The notes below the pieces were generated by a model. The model ran no database searches. It was not told the origin of the DNA and was given only the letters and a program-made list of their open reading frames with translations. This document shows, piece by piece, positions 36,981 through 49,991 of a stretch of DNA of 64,000 bases. Where the stretch lies: NCBI GenBank assembly GCA_964252035.1, contig OZ176200.1; one strand, given 5' to 3'. Source of the DNA: Podarcis erhardii (Eukaryota). Both the position numbers and the translations under genes were made by a program. The first letter of the stretch is position 1; each line of letters opens with the position of its first letter.

Positions 36981-38493
36981 GATGAAGTACTTGGTAAATT
37001 ATCAAAAGTAGCAGGGAATCAATAAGTGGTTATTGAACGCCATCTGCAAAGGGAGGTCCAGTAGGACTGAGAGGGAGAGGCCATTTGGGTTCCTGGGCAG
37101 TAATGTAACAGGCTGTTATATACCATGTGTGTAGTGTGGCCTTCCTGTGGTTGCCTGAATGGGGACTGGGGCTATTTTTGGGGGTGTGGATTAAAGCTCC
37201 ATGCCTAAACTGCAACAGAGGCCATTTCAAACTATTGTTGTTGTTATTTCGAAAAACATACTTTTTTTAGGTAGTGTTAGTGTTACCCCAGCACCACTGG
37301 TGCTTTATCCTGTTTTCATGCAATAGAAGGGGAGTGGCTTTGACCCAGGAAGTTTTCCACTTTATGGTGTTGGTTTCTAATGGGGGGGGGGGTGAAATAA
37401 TGGGGTGGGGGTCTTAGATAGCATTCAAATAACTAATTAAAAACAAAATAAGTCTTTTTAAAATGGGACACGGTTGCTTCATTGTACGTCAGCATGAAAA
37501 TAATGATATATCTTTCTAGGAAGATCCTAGATGTGATTGTCTTGACAGGAGCAGATTTAAAACTGCCCAGCAGGGAGCAGCCAAATTGCATAAACCTCCA
37601 TAGCTGAAGTGATCCTGTGTGTTCTTGGGTGCCTGTACTGCAAGGAAATCGCCTTGTGACAATATTAGTGACGATGACCATTTGTGGATCAAAGAGCAAG
37701 TCGGTCATAAGATGATACTGCAGAGCAACAATTAGTCATGCTTTTTGACGACTTGACTGCAGTTTAGCACAAATCTGCTGTTTGGGCTTGTCTTCTGACG
37801 TGGCAGAAAGTCAAGGCTGCATGTTAGGAAGTGTGTTTGGCAGCTACTTTAGCAGGGGTGAGGAGGAGGAATTTGTGTAATGTTGAGAACTGCTCCTGGC
37901 TATCCCATCGCTCACTTTGTATAATACAGAGTGTGATCTGGAATAACAGGGCCCAGTCCATTACATCAGCTGAGGCAGTTACCATTTGGCTCCTCTTCTC
38001 CATGAACTATTTCTGTTCCAGCTGGTCACTCTAAGAACTACTATGTAGCTCTTAAAGAACAGATGCCCAACTTTTCTTATTTTCTTCTTCCTTTTGCCTC
38101 TTGCATCATGGATCTTAGTTTGCAAGTCTGTGGGTAGTGGCTCTTTTGTTCTTTAATCACTTTGGAAACGATTAGCAGAATCCCAACAGTGCACAAGGAG
38201 ACCTCAGCTTGCACAACAGGACTTCACCTTCCTCTCCTCTCCTTGCAGCCCCTTCCCCCCTTCTCTGGAGCTTATCCCAACCCTCCTGTGCTGATTCATA
38301 AGCAGAAGTCTGTTCCACTCACTCATGGGCAGCGCTGGATACAACCCAATAGCTGATGATAATAATTCTCTTGTCCATGTGAGCGCCAACTCTGCTGCAG
38401 TCCAGATGGATCATGTGGATAAAAATTGCAGTGCATGGCCCTCAGTCTGTGTGTAACTTGGAGTAACTCTAATGACATCTGCTTTTGTTCCAG

Positions 38494-38554
38494 GGACACT
38501 GCAGGTCAGGAGCGATACCAGACCATCACGAAGCAGTACTACAGGCGAGCCCAG
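38494..38554 (+). CDS. RAB15: Rab-15 exon 3 (61 bp)
   Basis: ttccAG / GTaaaa. Translates (W)DTAGQERYQTITKQYYRRAQ, the G3/switch II region. Confidence 0.98.
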
Positions 38555-38763
38555 GTAAAACTGTTTTCTCCTAGACTAGAAGTAGCACAAAAAGCATAGA
38601 GAGACCTGGGAAGGACTAGCTGACTTTTGCAGGAATTGTCCCAGCATTGGACTCAGTGCTATTTCTCTGACATCTTCATCTGTTGCCAGAGATACAAGCA
38701 TAGTGTAACCAAAATTCATGGAGGTGACCTGACAGAGGTGGACATTCTCTCCATTTTTTGATA

Positions 38764-39092
38764 CAGTGGTGCCTCGCAAGACGAAATAAATCCGTTCCGT
38801 GAGGCTCTTCGTATAGCGGTTTTTTCGTCTTGCGAAGCAAGCCCATTGACAGCTTAACGGATTAGCGCTATTAGCGGTTTAGCGGCTTTTAGCGGATCAG
38901 CTGATAAGCGGCTTAGGGCTTAGGAAAAGGGGGGGGGAAGGGGGGAAAAACCCCGCAGGAACTTGCAAGACCCTTTCGTCTTGTGAAGCAAACCCATAGG
39001 GAAATTCGTTTTGCGAAGCGCCTCCAAAACGGAAAACCCTTTCGTCTAGCGGGTTTTTTCTTGCGAGGCGTTCGTCTTGCGGGGCACCACTG
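38764..39092. mobile_element. Tc1/mariner-type MITE (329 bp)
   Basis: 21-bp TIRs cagtggtgcc(t/c)cgcaagacga, TA flanks. Confidence 0.88.
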
Positions 39093-39580
39093 TATTGAGT
39101 GGAATTAAACATTGTGCTAAGGAGATCATCCTGCTGAATTGAATCTCGCCTCCCTTTCACCCATGCACTATTCTAGGGGTTTTCCCTACCCTCCGAAGCA
39201 GAATTGGGGGGGGGCACATGGAGAGGAGGTGGTAGTATTGTTGCACCAGTGGATCTTGTTGCAGTAGCTTCTGCAAGTGCAACAACTTAGTTGAATCCAG
39301 ACCATAAGTTCCTACTTGGAGACAGACACAGAGAGAGACACACAACTTTGGGGCTAATGCTGACAAAGGTTAGCACTGGAACACAGAAAGGGTCCCAACA
39401 TTAAACCTCAGCTAAATTGAAAGGCAGCAAGTCAGCAGTCCCGGGTTGGGGATGTCAGATGGCCTCGAGGGCTGAAGACAAGCTGCATACTTTAGGAATT
39501 TAGTGTTACTGATGCTAGCTTGGTGCATAAAATGCAGTGATGTTGGCCCATGAGAAAGCAGTCCAAAAATCCACAGATTG

Positions 39581-40169
39581 CATGCAGCCTTCCCCACGCA
39601 GCCTCTGTCTGTAGGGTGGGCAGAGTGGGAGGAGGCAAGCAGACTGATAATGCCCCACGGGAAAGGCGCTGGCTGCAGCGATCGAAGATATCTCTCCCCT
39701 CCGCGCCTTTCCCGTGGGCAGAGGCTGCGTGGGGGAGGCTGCATGTGTGACCTGTAGTGTCTTTGTGCAGCTCCATTTGTGTGTGGGCGGTGCAACGTTA
39801 CACAGAAGGAGTGCAATATTTCACTGATGTTAAAGGCACGGTGGGTGGGGGGATATTACTTCAATCGCCGCGCTCCTCCTGTGTAACGTTGCGTCACCCG
39901 CACACAAATGGAGCTGCGTGAAGACACTGCACGGCAAAAACGGATTGCCTACAGCCTCCCTCCCCGCTGTAGGGCGGGCAGAGTGGGAGGAGGCAAGCAG
40001 ACTACGGAGGCCCCACGGCTTGCCACTACCAGGAGCTGCGACTGCTAGAGCAAGTTCCGTATTTATTTTTATATATATTTAATTGCTATATTCCGTGGAT
40101 AAGACAACCCATGTTTTTAGACCTAAAAAACTGGGTAAAAATCCTCGTCTTATAGACAGAAAAATACGG
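39581..40169. mobile_element. Hairpin-rich, probably left-truncated Tc1/mariner-type element
   Basis: The right end cttatagacagaaaaatacgg-TA resembles the TIR of the 4196 family. Two long internal inverted repeats. No left TIR found. Confidence 0.5.
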
Positions 40170-40773
40170 TAAATGTTGTGCCCCCTGACTGTTGCCTGTA
40201 GATCAGCTGTCACCTGCCATTTGATGCCCTGAGCCATAGTGGTGCTAGATCTCTGAGACATGAAGCCTAGTGTATAAGGAGCGTTTAGTAGAACTGCAGC
40301 CAAAGAAGCCTGCTGTATTGCTGCAGGGAATGCAGACTGATTAGCCAGGTCCCCAGGGGGAAAGACTGACATATTCATTAAACAGTTGTCTGTTATCTAG
40401 TATGGTGGCAGCCTGCTCTGTAACAATCTTGTAGGAACAACTGTCAAAACACAAATGCTTTTGGTTTATCGGTAGTAGTTAAAGGCCACATCTGCCATGA
40501 AGGTTTCACAAGGAGCTTGGCCTACATGCAGATGCATGCAGAATCTAACAGGACAGAAGAAAGAATAATCCCCAAATGTCTAGTTCCTCTTCTTCAACCC
40601 TCCAGCATAATTCCTGGGCAGAGGGTGCATAGGGAATGTCCTATTAAATTAACAATTACACACATACACACACCCCCCTACCTACCTTCCCTGTAAGTAG
40701 AAGTCATTTCACCTTTGGGTTTATGATGCACGTTTTACTCCATTCTGTTTTCTTGACCTGGTTCTCTCCCCAG

Positions 40774-40851
40774 GGGATATTCTTGGTGTACGACATCAGC
40801 AGTGAGCGCTCATACCAGCACATCATGAAATGGGCCAGTGATGTAGATGAG
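40774..40851 (+). CDS. RAB15: Rab-15 exon 4 (78 bp)
   Basis: cccAG / GTaagc. Translates GIFLVYDISSERSYQHIMKWASDVDE. Confidence 0.98.
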
Positions 40852-42105
40852 GTAAGCAAGGAGGTCTCCCTGCTTCTTCCCCCTATTGTTGGGGACTGTT
40901 GGCCCCAGTGTGGGAGAAGTTGCCATGGCAAAATCGGATGAACTGCTCCTGCTCAAGGCCTGTGTCTGTATATACATGCACTCTCTTGTCTTGAGAAGCC
41001 TTGTTCAAACAGAGAAATAGCACGTTTGGCTTAGGTGCTTGGTTTATCTAGAGATTGTAGGATTAAAATAGCCTTGGGAATTCAACGGACACTCCGGATG
41101 TCCTTGAAAAAGGCATAACACTTTTGGGGTGTCCTTATTTCCTGTAAAAGGACTTGTACCTTGTATAAGCTCCTCAGTATTTAGCAAGTGCTAACTAGAA
41201 GTTTATGCAGGGACTAGAAGAACATCTAATAAACCTTAACCGTGTTTTAAATCTGAGCTGTATTATGCCAGCAAAAGGCAGTTCTTTATTTTTTAATAAT
41301 AACAATTATGTTGTTTTGCATGTAAACCATCCAGTGAATATTTATTGATAGGTGGCTACGTATATAAATGTAATAATAAATAAAATACACTGCTGTTGAA
41401 TAACTGATGGAGGCATCTTGGATACTGCCAGGGTGCTAACTTTGTGTCCTTGTGCTCATACATTCTGCCTTTACACTGTTAGGGAATTTTTATAGATTAG
41501 CCTTTGCCAGGTTGGTGCCCTCCAAATGTGTTGAGACTACAACTCCCATCAGCCTCAGCCAGTCCTGGGGCTAATGAGAGTTGTGGTCCAGAACACCTGG
41601 AGGCACTGGGCTGGTGAAGGTGGTGCCCATTTTGACATGGTGACTCTTAACACTCTGCCACAACTGGCACTGAAGTAATCTACTGCTTTTGCAGTGAACC
41701 TAACGGGGAGATGAACAGGTCTGGACTGAAGGAGATGCTGTTGGGCATGTGTGATCAACTCTGTTGGCCCCTGGATTTGGGGGGATTTTCTAGCTGCCCT
41801 GTTTCTTTGATTGGCCTTGGTCTATGGAAGCCCTGTTTTCTGTAAGACCATCCTGCGATTCTTTTAATTGCTTTGTTAAGATCAGAAATGCGTTGGGCGC
41901 TGCCATTTTCCAGATGTTTGTGTTGCAGCGGTGGAAGAAGCCATTTGCTATGAAAATTCTCTGCCCTGTGCAACAGTTAAAAGGCAACAGGAATGGTGCA
42001 TTTGACAATCCCAAGTCTGAACTGTGCCGTACAGCTCAGCTTTTAACTATGCTGCTTCTAATCTGTGCTGATTGGGATGGGCTAAAGTCTCTCCCTCCTC
42101 TCCAG

Positions 42106-42195
42106 TATGCCCCAGATGGCGTCCAGAAGATCCTCATTGGGAATAAAGCAGACGAGGAGGAGAAGAGGCAAGTAGGCAAAGAGCAAGGCCTCCAG
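42106..42195 (+). CDS. RAB15: Rab-15 exon 5 (90 bp)
   Basis: tccAG / GTaaac. Translates YAPDGVQKILIGNKADEEEKRQVGKEQGLQ, including G4 NKAD. Confidence 0.98.
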
Positions 42196-42329
42196 GTAAA
42201 CTTCTTGGGTAACTGCTAGTTGTTCTCCTTTGAGACCTAAGCCTCTCTCATAGCAGATGATATAATAAAACTGACAGTGCCAGGTGGGTCAGATGGTCTG
42301 TACTACCTAGGGTCTCAAACAGGGCCCCC

Positions 42330-42408
42330 TCATAGCCCTACCTGAAGATGATGGGGATTGAACCTCTGACCTTCTATATGCAAAGCAGATGCTCTGCTAC
42401 TGAGCTAT
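42330..42408 (-). mobile_element. tRNA-derived SINE head (family of 58411-58585)
   Basis: Reverse complement tagctcagtagcagagcatctgctttgcatatagaaggtcagaggttcaatcccc. Confidence 0.65.
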
Positions 42409-43402
42409 TTCTGTTCACTCAGGCCTTGTAAATAACGATATGGTCTGGGCCTCTCTTTTTTAAAAATCTGTTTTAACTTTGGTTTTATGTTTAAAATGGT
42501 TTTCATAATTATTAATTGTGAGATGCCCAGAGAACCTTGTTATGGTATGGCGTACAAGTGTCCACTAGCCAGGCAGGCTGCAATGCTAACCAAGGGCCTG
42601 GTCAATGGCAGTCTCCACGGCAGCTGTACTAACCACAAGCATTTTTATATGGCTGTAGTGGCAGCCCCCTTATCCTCCATTTTCAGTGCCTTGTGGGAAA
42701 CTTATTGGGCTCTGGGGAGAGCATTATTCAGGAACCTATGTTTGATTGAAGCCAACTTGTTCCACACTGTACCGCTTCAAATGACAAAGGGGGGCTCATA
42801 TGTTTGGATCTTGCCCCAACCAAATTCCTCTATATAAGACAATGGCATTGTCAGGAACCCTTCTTGCTATGGGATAGGTTCTGTTGTTGTTGTTCAGAAG
42901 CACATGCAGTTGTGTGAGACCCCCACATAGTCTGGTATAGTCAGGAACAGGTTGATTGCCTCGTCTGCTGTGGGTGTGAACCAGGGCAGAGTCTGATCTA
43001 GAAAACTAGATGGTAGGAGCAGTTAAATTTTGTCAATGTCCAGGAACTTGTGGAAATGGGTTCTGGAAGCTGGTTTTCTTCTGGCAAAGACAAGCTCAGT
43101 TTTACAGTGTCCCCGGGTCACTGTTTATATTAGAGATGGCACTGGGGTCTGGAGCTGGACTTAATTTTACTAGTTTTTCCAGCCCTGGTTAATCAGAGAG
43201 AGATGCTGTGCCTGTAACAGTGCTCTTTTCCCCCCATTCAGAAACTTCAAATGTTACCTAGCCTGTTTTTAAAAAAATAATACAAGTTATCTTCTCAGTC
43301 TTGGAGGTGGTGATGTTCTAGTTTCTTCAGATCTATCTGTACAATCTATTGACAGCCACTATTATACCTGTATGTAAAGCTGTCGGAACTTCTGTCTTCC
43401 AG

Positions 43403-43468
43403 CTGGCCAAGGAGTATGGCATGGATTTCTATGAAACAAGTGCCTGCACCAACGTAAACATCAAAGAG
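43403..43468 (+). CDS. RAB15: Rab-15 exon 6 (66 bp)
   Basis: ttccAG / GTaaga. Translates LAKEYGMDFYETSACTNVNIKE, including G5 ETSA. Confidence 0.98.
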
Positions 43469-44238
43469 GTAAGAACTCTGCATATGGAACTTCCAGGTGT
43501 CTGGTGCTTTGCAGCCAGTGTATCACCTTTGCAGAGCAAGTGGAGATACAGAACAAAAGAGAGTTCATGATGGAAAATCCTTGGGCTCACCTGTAGTTTT
43601 TGACCATAGCAGCCAGTAGGCACCTCACCTTTGGGAGAGAAAGCAAAGTTGCACTATATATTGTTGCAAATGTAACATATATATTTTATTTAATCTCAGA
43701 AGTACTTACACTTATGTACGGTGGTGTATCTGGATTCACACCCCCCCATCTACTGTAGCCTTTCGTGCCATATCCCATACCTGTTCTGGGTGGTCTCTAA
43801 ACCCTCAGGAGTGGCTTGCAGTGGGCAGCAGAATTGGCAAAAATGGCGTCCACTGGATACACCCCTATGTGTGATAATGTTAGCAATTAGTGTCAAAACT
43901 CATACATAGATGGAGCAGGTGCCCACTGTTAATCTCAGTGGGACATATTATACATGCACGTAACTCCTGCTTAAAACTGGATTGTAAATTGACTCTTGCC
44001 TTAGCAAATAAAATTTGCCATCAAGTGGGAAACCAAACTGAAAGTTTGAGAAGTAGTTTTTTGTTTTGCTTTTTAATCTACCTCAAATGTCTAAAACATT
44101 TAGACATGTGCACCCAAGCACACTAGTAAATACATTGTGGGCTAGTAACTTGTGTAGACTTGTTTGCTGATCTAAAGCTATGTACTAAACCTCACTTTTT
44201 AAAAAAAAAACAACAGCAACAACCCTCATGTCTTTCAG

Positions 44239-44397
44239 TCTTTCACTCGTCTGACAGAGCTGGTCCTGCAGGCCCACAAGAAGGAGCTGGACGGACTCCG
44301 CACGTATGCGGCTGATGAACTGAACCTGGTTGAGCTGGAGGAGGAGGCAAGCAAGCCAGAGGGCACAGAGCACTCCCCCAAGACCTGCTGGTGCTGA
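44239..44397 (+). CDS. RAB15: Rab-15 exon 7 (159 bp coding incl. TGA)
   Basis: tttcAG. Translates SFTRLTELVLQAHKKELDGLRTYAADELNLVELEEEASKPEGTEHSPKTCWC*. Total CDS is 639 bp = 212 aa, with a CXC geranylgeranylation motif. Confidence 0.98.
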   Translation, partial: SFTRLTELVLQAHKKELDGLRTYAADELNLVELEEEASKPEGTEHSPKTCWC

Positions 44398-47300
44398 AAC
44401 CCTCCCAGTGCTCTTCCTTTTCTTCTGTCCCCCAGTGCAGGCAGAGAGGCTGCCACCTAGAGAGGGCTCCATCTCTTTGGTCTCTGGTTGCCTGCCTGCC
44501 TGCCTGCCCACTCTCTGCCCTGCTGGATCCTCTTTGGATTTCCTGGTGTTTCTCCTTGATTGGTGATTTCTGTTGTTCCCCCAAACTCCCTGGATCCAAA
44601 TCTCTCTTCGGGGGGGCTCACAATATGCAGAACATCACCCCGCCACCTTTGCGGAAGAGCTGTGGTTGGCGATCGCAGCAGCCGAGGCCCATTCAGCAGC
44701 CTCTCAACCTCCAGGTGCTCTGCAGCCTTGCCCTTTTCCAGAGGGCAGCTGAGCCGGCTGGGTTCTGTGCCTGGGTGCAACTAGGCCTGTCCTCTGAGAA
44801 CAGGGCTCTCAAGGAGGGAGGAATGTCCCGCTTCATTCACTCTCCTCCAGACAGACCGTTTGCTTGCACACCCTCAATAGCAGGCCTGCTGAAGGCTTGT
44901 CCGTTTGTATCCGCCCCCCGCCCCCACCCATACATTGCCTTGCCATTTCAGCACCTGCCCTAATGCCTGCACACCTTTGTGCAGGGTTGGGGCTTTGCGG
45001 CTGTATTGGATACAGTGTCTTGTACATACCTGGCTGCCTGGAGGTTGTTGTTAAAAAAAACCTCTCATCACGGCACCTCGCCAAATTGGGGCTTGTTCCA
45101 AAGTGCGCAGTGGCATCTCTTGCCCTGCTAAGTGTAAGCTGCTGGGAGCAGCAAGAGTCTAGCCCTGCTGGGAAAAGGGGTAGGATGATGGAAATTTGGG
45201 GCTTTAAATTCAGACTCGTCTTACCAGCTGCAAAGAATGTTTGCTTCTTCCCAGGCCAAACTAGGCTCCCATTTTGTAACTCCTTGGAGCCTTGTATAGC
45301 ACACCAAGCAAAATCCTTGCCTACTATTATTTACTCTAACATTTTGTAGGGCATCTTCGCTTGGCTCCCCTTGGGTATCTTTGGTGGTGCAGGTACATCA
45401 GGCACCCGCTTAGCCTATATCCCTGCACCAATGGAGGCAGAGCCCACCCTATCTGTGTGTAACCTGTGTGGAACTGGCTTTGAGAGCCCCCTTGGAATGA
45501 CTTTCCCAACTATTCACCAAAGCGCTGATATGGAAACACACTGTAATCTGTGCATAGAGCCTTCCCTCGTTTGTTTCTTCTCACTCTTGAGGTCCAACCT
45601 GTAAGGAGTTGTTCAAGACCCTTTCATGGGCTCTTTTTAGAAGTTCCTCCACAGAAGGAATTTCCTTGGAAGCTCAGCCTGGTAGATTCCAGGGTATCCA
45701 ATTTATTTGGTTCTTTTGCCATGTGCTGCTTAACATGGCTTGATCCGAGCAAACTGAAACCAGCCTGCCTGCCTGCATGTTGTACCAGCATCCCCCTCTC
45801 ACCTTGACATGCTTGGCGGGGGAGGCCTAAAGACACCTGGCAGTATGCCATGGTAATTCTAATCTATATGTGCCTGCCTGCTCCAGAGTAGCTGCTCCCT
45901 GCGTGCCAACACCTTGGGGAGGCGAAGACTCCTTTCCCTTCCTACGTACATGCCAGCAATGGGCTACATTTGCGGATCTAGAAAGGATGGGTGTCAACCA
46001 GAGGCTTTCTGGGTGGGATGGCGGTGCATAAGTCCTCCTGCTGCCTAGAGAGGCTGCCTTTGATGGAGGGGGTGGGGCTTAGGCACAATCCATTTGAGTG
46101 ATAGAAAATGGTTCTTATATCCATGTGATGATCTGCCCTTCCCTAGCCAGGTCATACCAGAGAGCAGACTGATCTACATTTCCCTGCTCATTTTTCCTCT
46201 TCCTCCTCCAGTTGGTTGTTGACTTTCTGTCTTAGAGCAGATGAAAAATATTTTTACCCAGTGAAGGAGAGGAAGGATAGTAGCGGGAATAAAGTTGGCT
46301 GCCCTGAAAGCAAGGGTGCCTTGCATTTCCAAAAAAGGCTCCATTCTCAAAACCACCAGTTTTACCTCTCTCTTTGTGCTGGGTGGGTTTGAACAGGTAT
46401 CAAGCCACTGGAAATGTAAGGGGGAAACAGTGGAGTTCTACACACAGTGCCTGCTGTTGGCAGGAGCAGCTCTCCTGTAGCCACAGTCCCTTAGGAAGAC
46501 CCCAGTCCCAGGGTCTGGGAAGAAAGAGGCACGAAAAGGCTTGACCACAAGGGACTGCTTCCTGCAAGACCTAGTGTGAAGCTGGAGATATTGTAGACAC
46601 TAATTAGAGACACACGTAGCTGGTAGCCTGTTTAGTTTTTGAACTACAACTCCCACCATACCTGACCATAGGGCCGTGCTGGCTGTGACGGTATGAGGGG
46701 AGCTGGAATCAAACAACACCTGGAGGACCAAAGCTTCCTCTCAGCCATGATGTAGTAGGACCCAAATTCTGTCAGAACAGGTGAAAATGCAAGGAAACGA
46801 GGACTTGTGCAGGTGGGGAACTAGGCATCTTTGCCCTGAGAGAGGAGGCATGTAGAGACTGAGGGAAATGGATGAGCCACAGCAAAGGAAGAGCTTTTTG
46901 CCTCTTTTGTAAGCCCAAACTCGGTTGATTTGATTGGTTGAGGCCTTGCTGGCTTTGGTCTGCCTAGCTTGTTAGGAGGTTGGAATGAAGACTGAGGGCC
47001 AATCCTTGCACAGAGTGTCTATGTGGCCTGTGTTGTCTTCTCTCCCCACCCCCAGCTCCTGTTTTCTGACTGGATTGCACTGCACCCAAGGTGAATGGGC
47101 ATGCTGTAAGTGCAGAAAGCAGGTTTGCACAACCACTTAAACCTACATGTGGAAGGCCCGTGGCAGCATGCAGAACTGCCATGCTAAGGCATAAGTGTGA
47201 TGAGAAATGTGGAATAACTCACTTGGCATGTTCTCAGTGCAACTGGGAAACAAAAAACAACAGTGGCTAGCTAGCTGCCTGCAGAGAGTGGTTGTCTCAG

Positions 47301-48186
47301 CTGGTTCCTGGCTGTCTCTTGCACCCAGTTATTTAAAGCTCTGTTGCTAGAGCTGCCCTCAAGGTGGTCTGTCTGAAAGGATCGAAGAGAGGGATGTCAT
47401 TCTGTCCCTGAAATGAGCACAGGAGGCTTCTCAGTATCTCTGGCTCTGCAAGCTAGGAGGGCCCAAAGATGTCCCCACTGTAGCTCTTCCTTGCCTGCTG
47501 CAATTCAGCGCCGCTTGCTCCACCTAGGATCTAAGACCATATCCCACCAATATAATAGAAGCTGGGCTGCTGATGCTGTTAACTATAACGCACAAACTAC
47601 TAGACTCCAATGTAATCTTCACAACACACAAGACCAGAAAGGGGAACAGGTGAGGAGCTCTTTGCCTTGCTTATGGCGTGAGCTGGAGTCCTTCTTGTGT
47701 AGAGTCAGCAATGGCCTCTTAACTGGGTTGAACTCACAAACAAGTGGTTGACGAAGCCTCTGGTTCCCAACACTGAGCAAAACGAGCCACACTAACGGTG
47801 TGCATTCTGGGTCATTAAGACAACTCTTTCAGTGCGAGAAAAGCTCCCTAATCAATGCTGATTTTTCTCTGTGCAGATTGGAGTGGTGCTCTCAGGAGGC
47901 CACAAAGTGCTTCTTGGTTTCAGGCCAGTGCTTGGGGAAGGGAGGATGAGTCTGGGAATCTAGCACTCTCCAGTATTCTGAGGCTGCCTCCGTCCTGTTG
48001 AGTCACGGATCATTCTGTCTGTAGCAGAAACCGTTGCATATAAACTTGTCATGGGATCCAGCCAAACTTAGAACTTTCTGAATCCTCTGCTGTGTCTGTA
48101 ATTTGTGGACTTTGCACTTTGACTGGGTTTCCTTGTATGGCCTGTCATTGTAACTCATGATTTTAAACAAGAAAGATCTTTACAAA

Positions 48187-48192
48187 AATAAA
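48187..48192 (+). terminator. Candidate RAB15 polyadenylation signal AATAAA (alternatives at 46288 and 49926)
   Basis: AATAAA after an AT-rich stretch with a GT-rich segment downstream. Which site is used cannot be determined from sequence alone. Confidence 0.4.
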
Positions 48193-49991
48193 GATTCTCA
48201 AAGTGGTTGGTGGCTGCTCTAGTTCCTTGCTGGGTGGCTAACCCGGTCCTCTGCAACGAAGAAGCTGTGTTGCTGCTAAGAATCTCACTTGAAGTGAAAT
48301 CCAGGAGGTCAAACAGCAAATGCTTCCCTATGTAGAGAACACATTCAGAATAGAGCTATGTTTAATTCATGCTGCAAATGGGCTCAGTTGCACAAGAAAG
48401 GAGCCGAAGAAGCAAACCAGGGGTGGAACGGATGTAGCTTGGCACATGCATCAGTGCAACCAGCTTTTGTCCAGAAAAATTGCGACAAGCAAGGATTAGT
48501 TCTGCCCACATGGGACCACCTGGAATTGGCAGAGTCCTGGAGTGAACATTATATGTATTTGCAGCTATTTTTGTACTGTAGCGAGGAATATAAAATCCCT
48601 CCTTCAAAAGGAGACTGCAAGATCTCAAGCTGCCTGCTACTCTCTGCATCAATTTACTTGGGTGGGGAATCTGTAGTCTGCCAGATGTTTCTGAACACCT
48701 TTTGGGCCCTAGTCTGCATAGTCAGTCTCCAGGGTTGATAGAAGTTGTGGGTCAACAGGAGGACCACAGCTTAGATGTTTTCAAACAGATGCCGCAGGAT
48801 AGTGGCATGCTGTTAAACCCTATCTCCCTCTATCTTTAAATCCTGCAACAGTACAAATTTAGAGGAAGGAAGAGCAAACAAGTCGTCATCCAGAGTTTCC
48901 TCCACACCCCATAGTCTCTCAATAGAGTGAAATCATGTTGTAGGTTTTCCTACAGTAGCTACATCTGCTGTTGGACAATGGATGTTCAGAACATGTTCTA
49001 CCTCCTCTGGTGGAGGCAGTGTGCCTCTGAATGCCAGCTGCAGGGAATCACAAGTGGGAAGAGCCCCATCACACTCAGGACCTGTGTATGGGCTTCCTAT
49101 AGTGTGAGAACAGGGTGGGCCTTTGGCCTCACCCAGCAAGGCTCTTAGGCTATGTTTTAGCTAGGTGTACACAAGAATGTTGAGCTGGCCCTAAGCCTGT
49201 ATTGCTGTCTGGCCTATTTGATGCACTCAATTCAGGCAGCAGGGGTGTGAATCTGGTTTCGTAGTCTGTAGTATAGACAGATTTCACATGGTTGATGTAG
49301 CTGTTTGGAGCTCTTTGTGCTTTTCATGTTCTTAGACTGCTTTGCTGAGGCACTGAGGTAACTTGCATTAAGATAAGTCCTCCATCCTATATTCTTTTTT
49401 ATTATTATTCTGCTCATCAGCAAAATAGTAATAAGCTCCCAGAGCGCATCTTGCGGATCCATAAAAACAAGACAATCCCTGCCCTCGGGCTTACATTCTA
49501 AAAGACACAACACAAAATGAAAACTGATCAGGAGGGAAAAGGAAATAAGCAAGCTCAAGTACCCGTTCTTCTAAGAGCCAGCTAGGATAGATACACTTTA
49601 CTGGAAGGAGCCAAGAGTTGCTGGTGTCTGAACTGTGCTGGTGGAGTGGCCCTGTATCCCTTCCCTCCTCTGCTACAGAAAATTATCTGATCTCTGTACT
49701 TTGGTTACATGCCCCAGCTTCCTCTACTTGAGCTTACAGGGAATCTGATCCAGCTGTTAATAATTCAGCCTGCTCCTCCTCGTGGCAAGAGAAGCAGGAT
49801 TCTCATTAGAGGTTTTCATTATCAAGCTGTTTTTGGAAAGGGGACGTGCATTCCAGCAGTGGAAGTAATTTTTCTTTTTTCCTTTCAAAACACTGCTATA
49901 ATTCTCAGAACAGACCTCAGCAGTCAATAAAAAAACTATTATGAGAAAGGTTTGCATCTATTCTCGGTTTACACAAGACATGATAAATACT

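Noticed and set aside
44185-45349. Long ORFs in the RAB15 last exon and 3' UTR
   Set aside because: GC-rich low-complexity translations with no recognisable domain.
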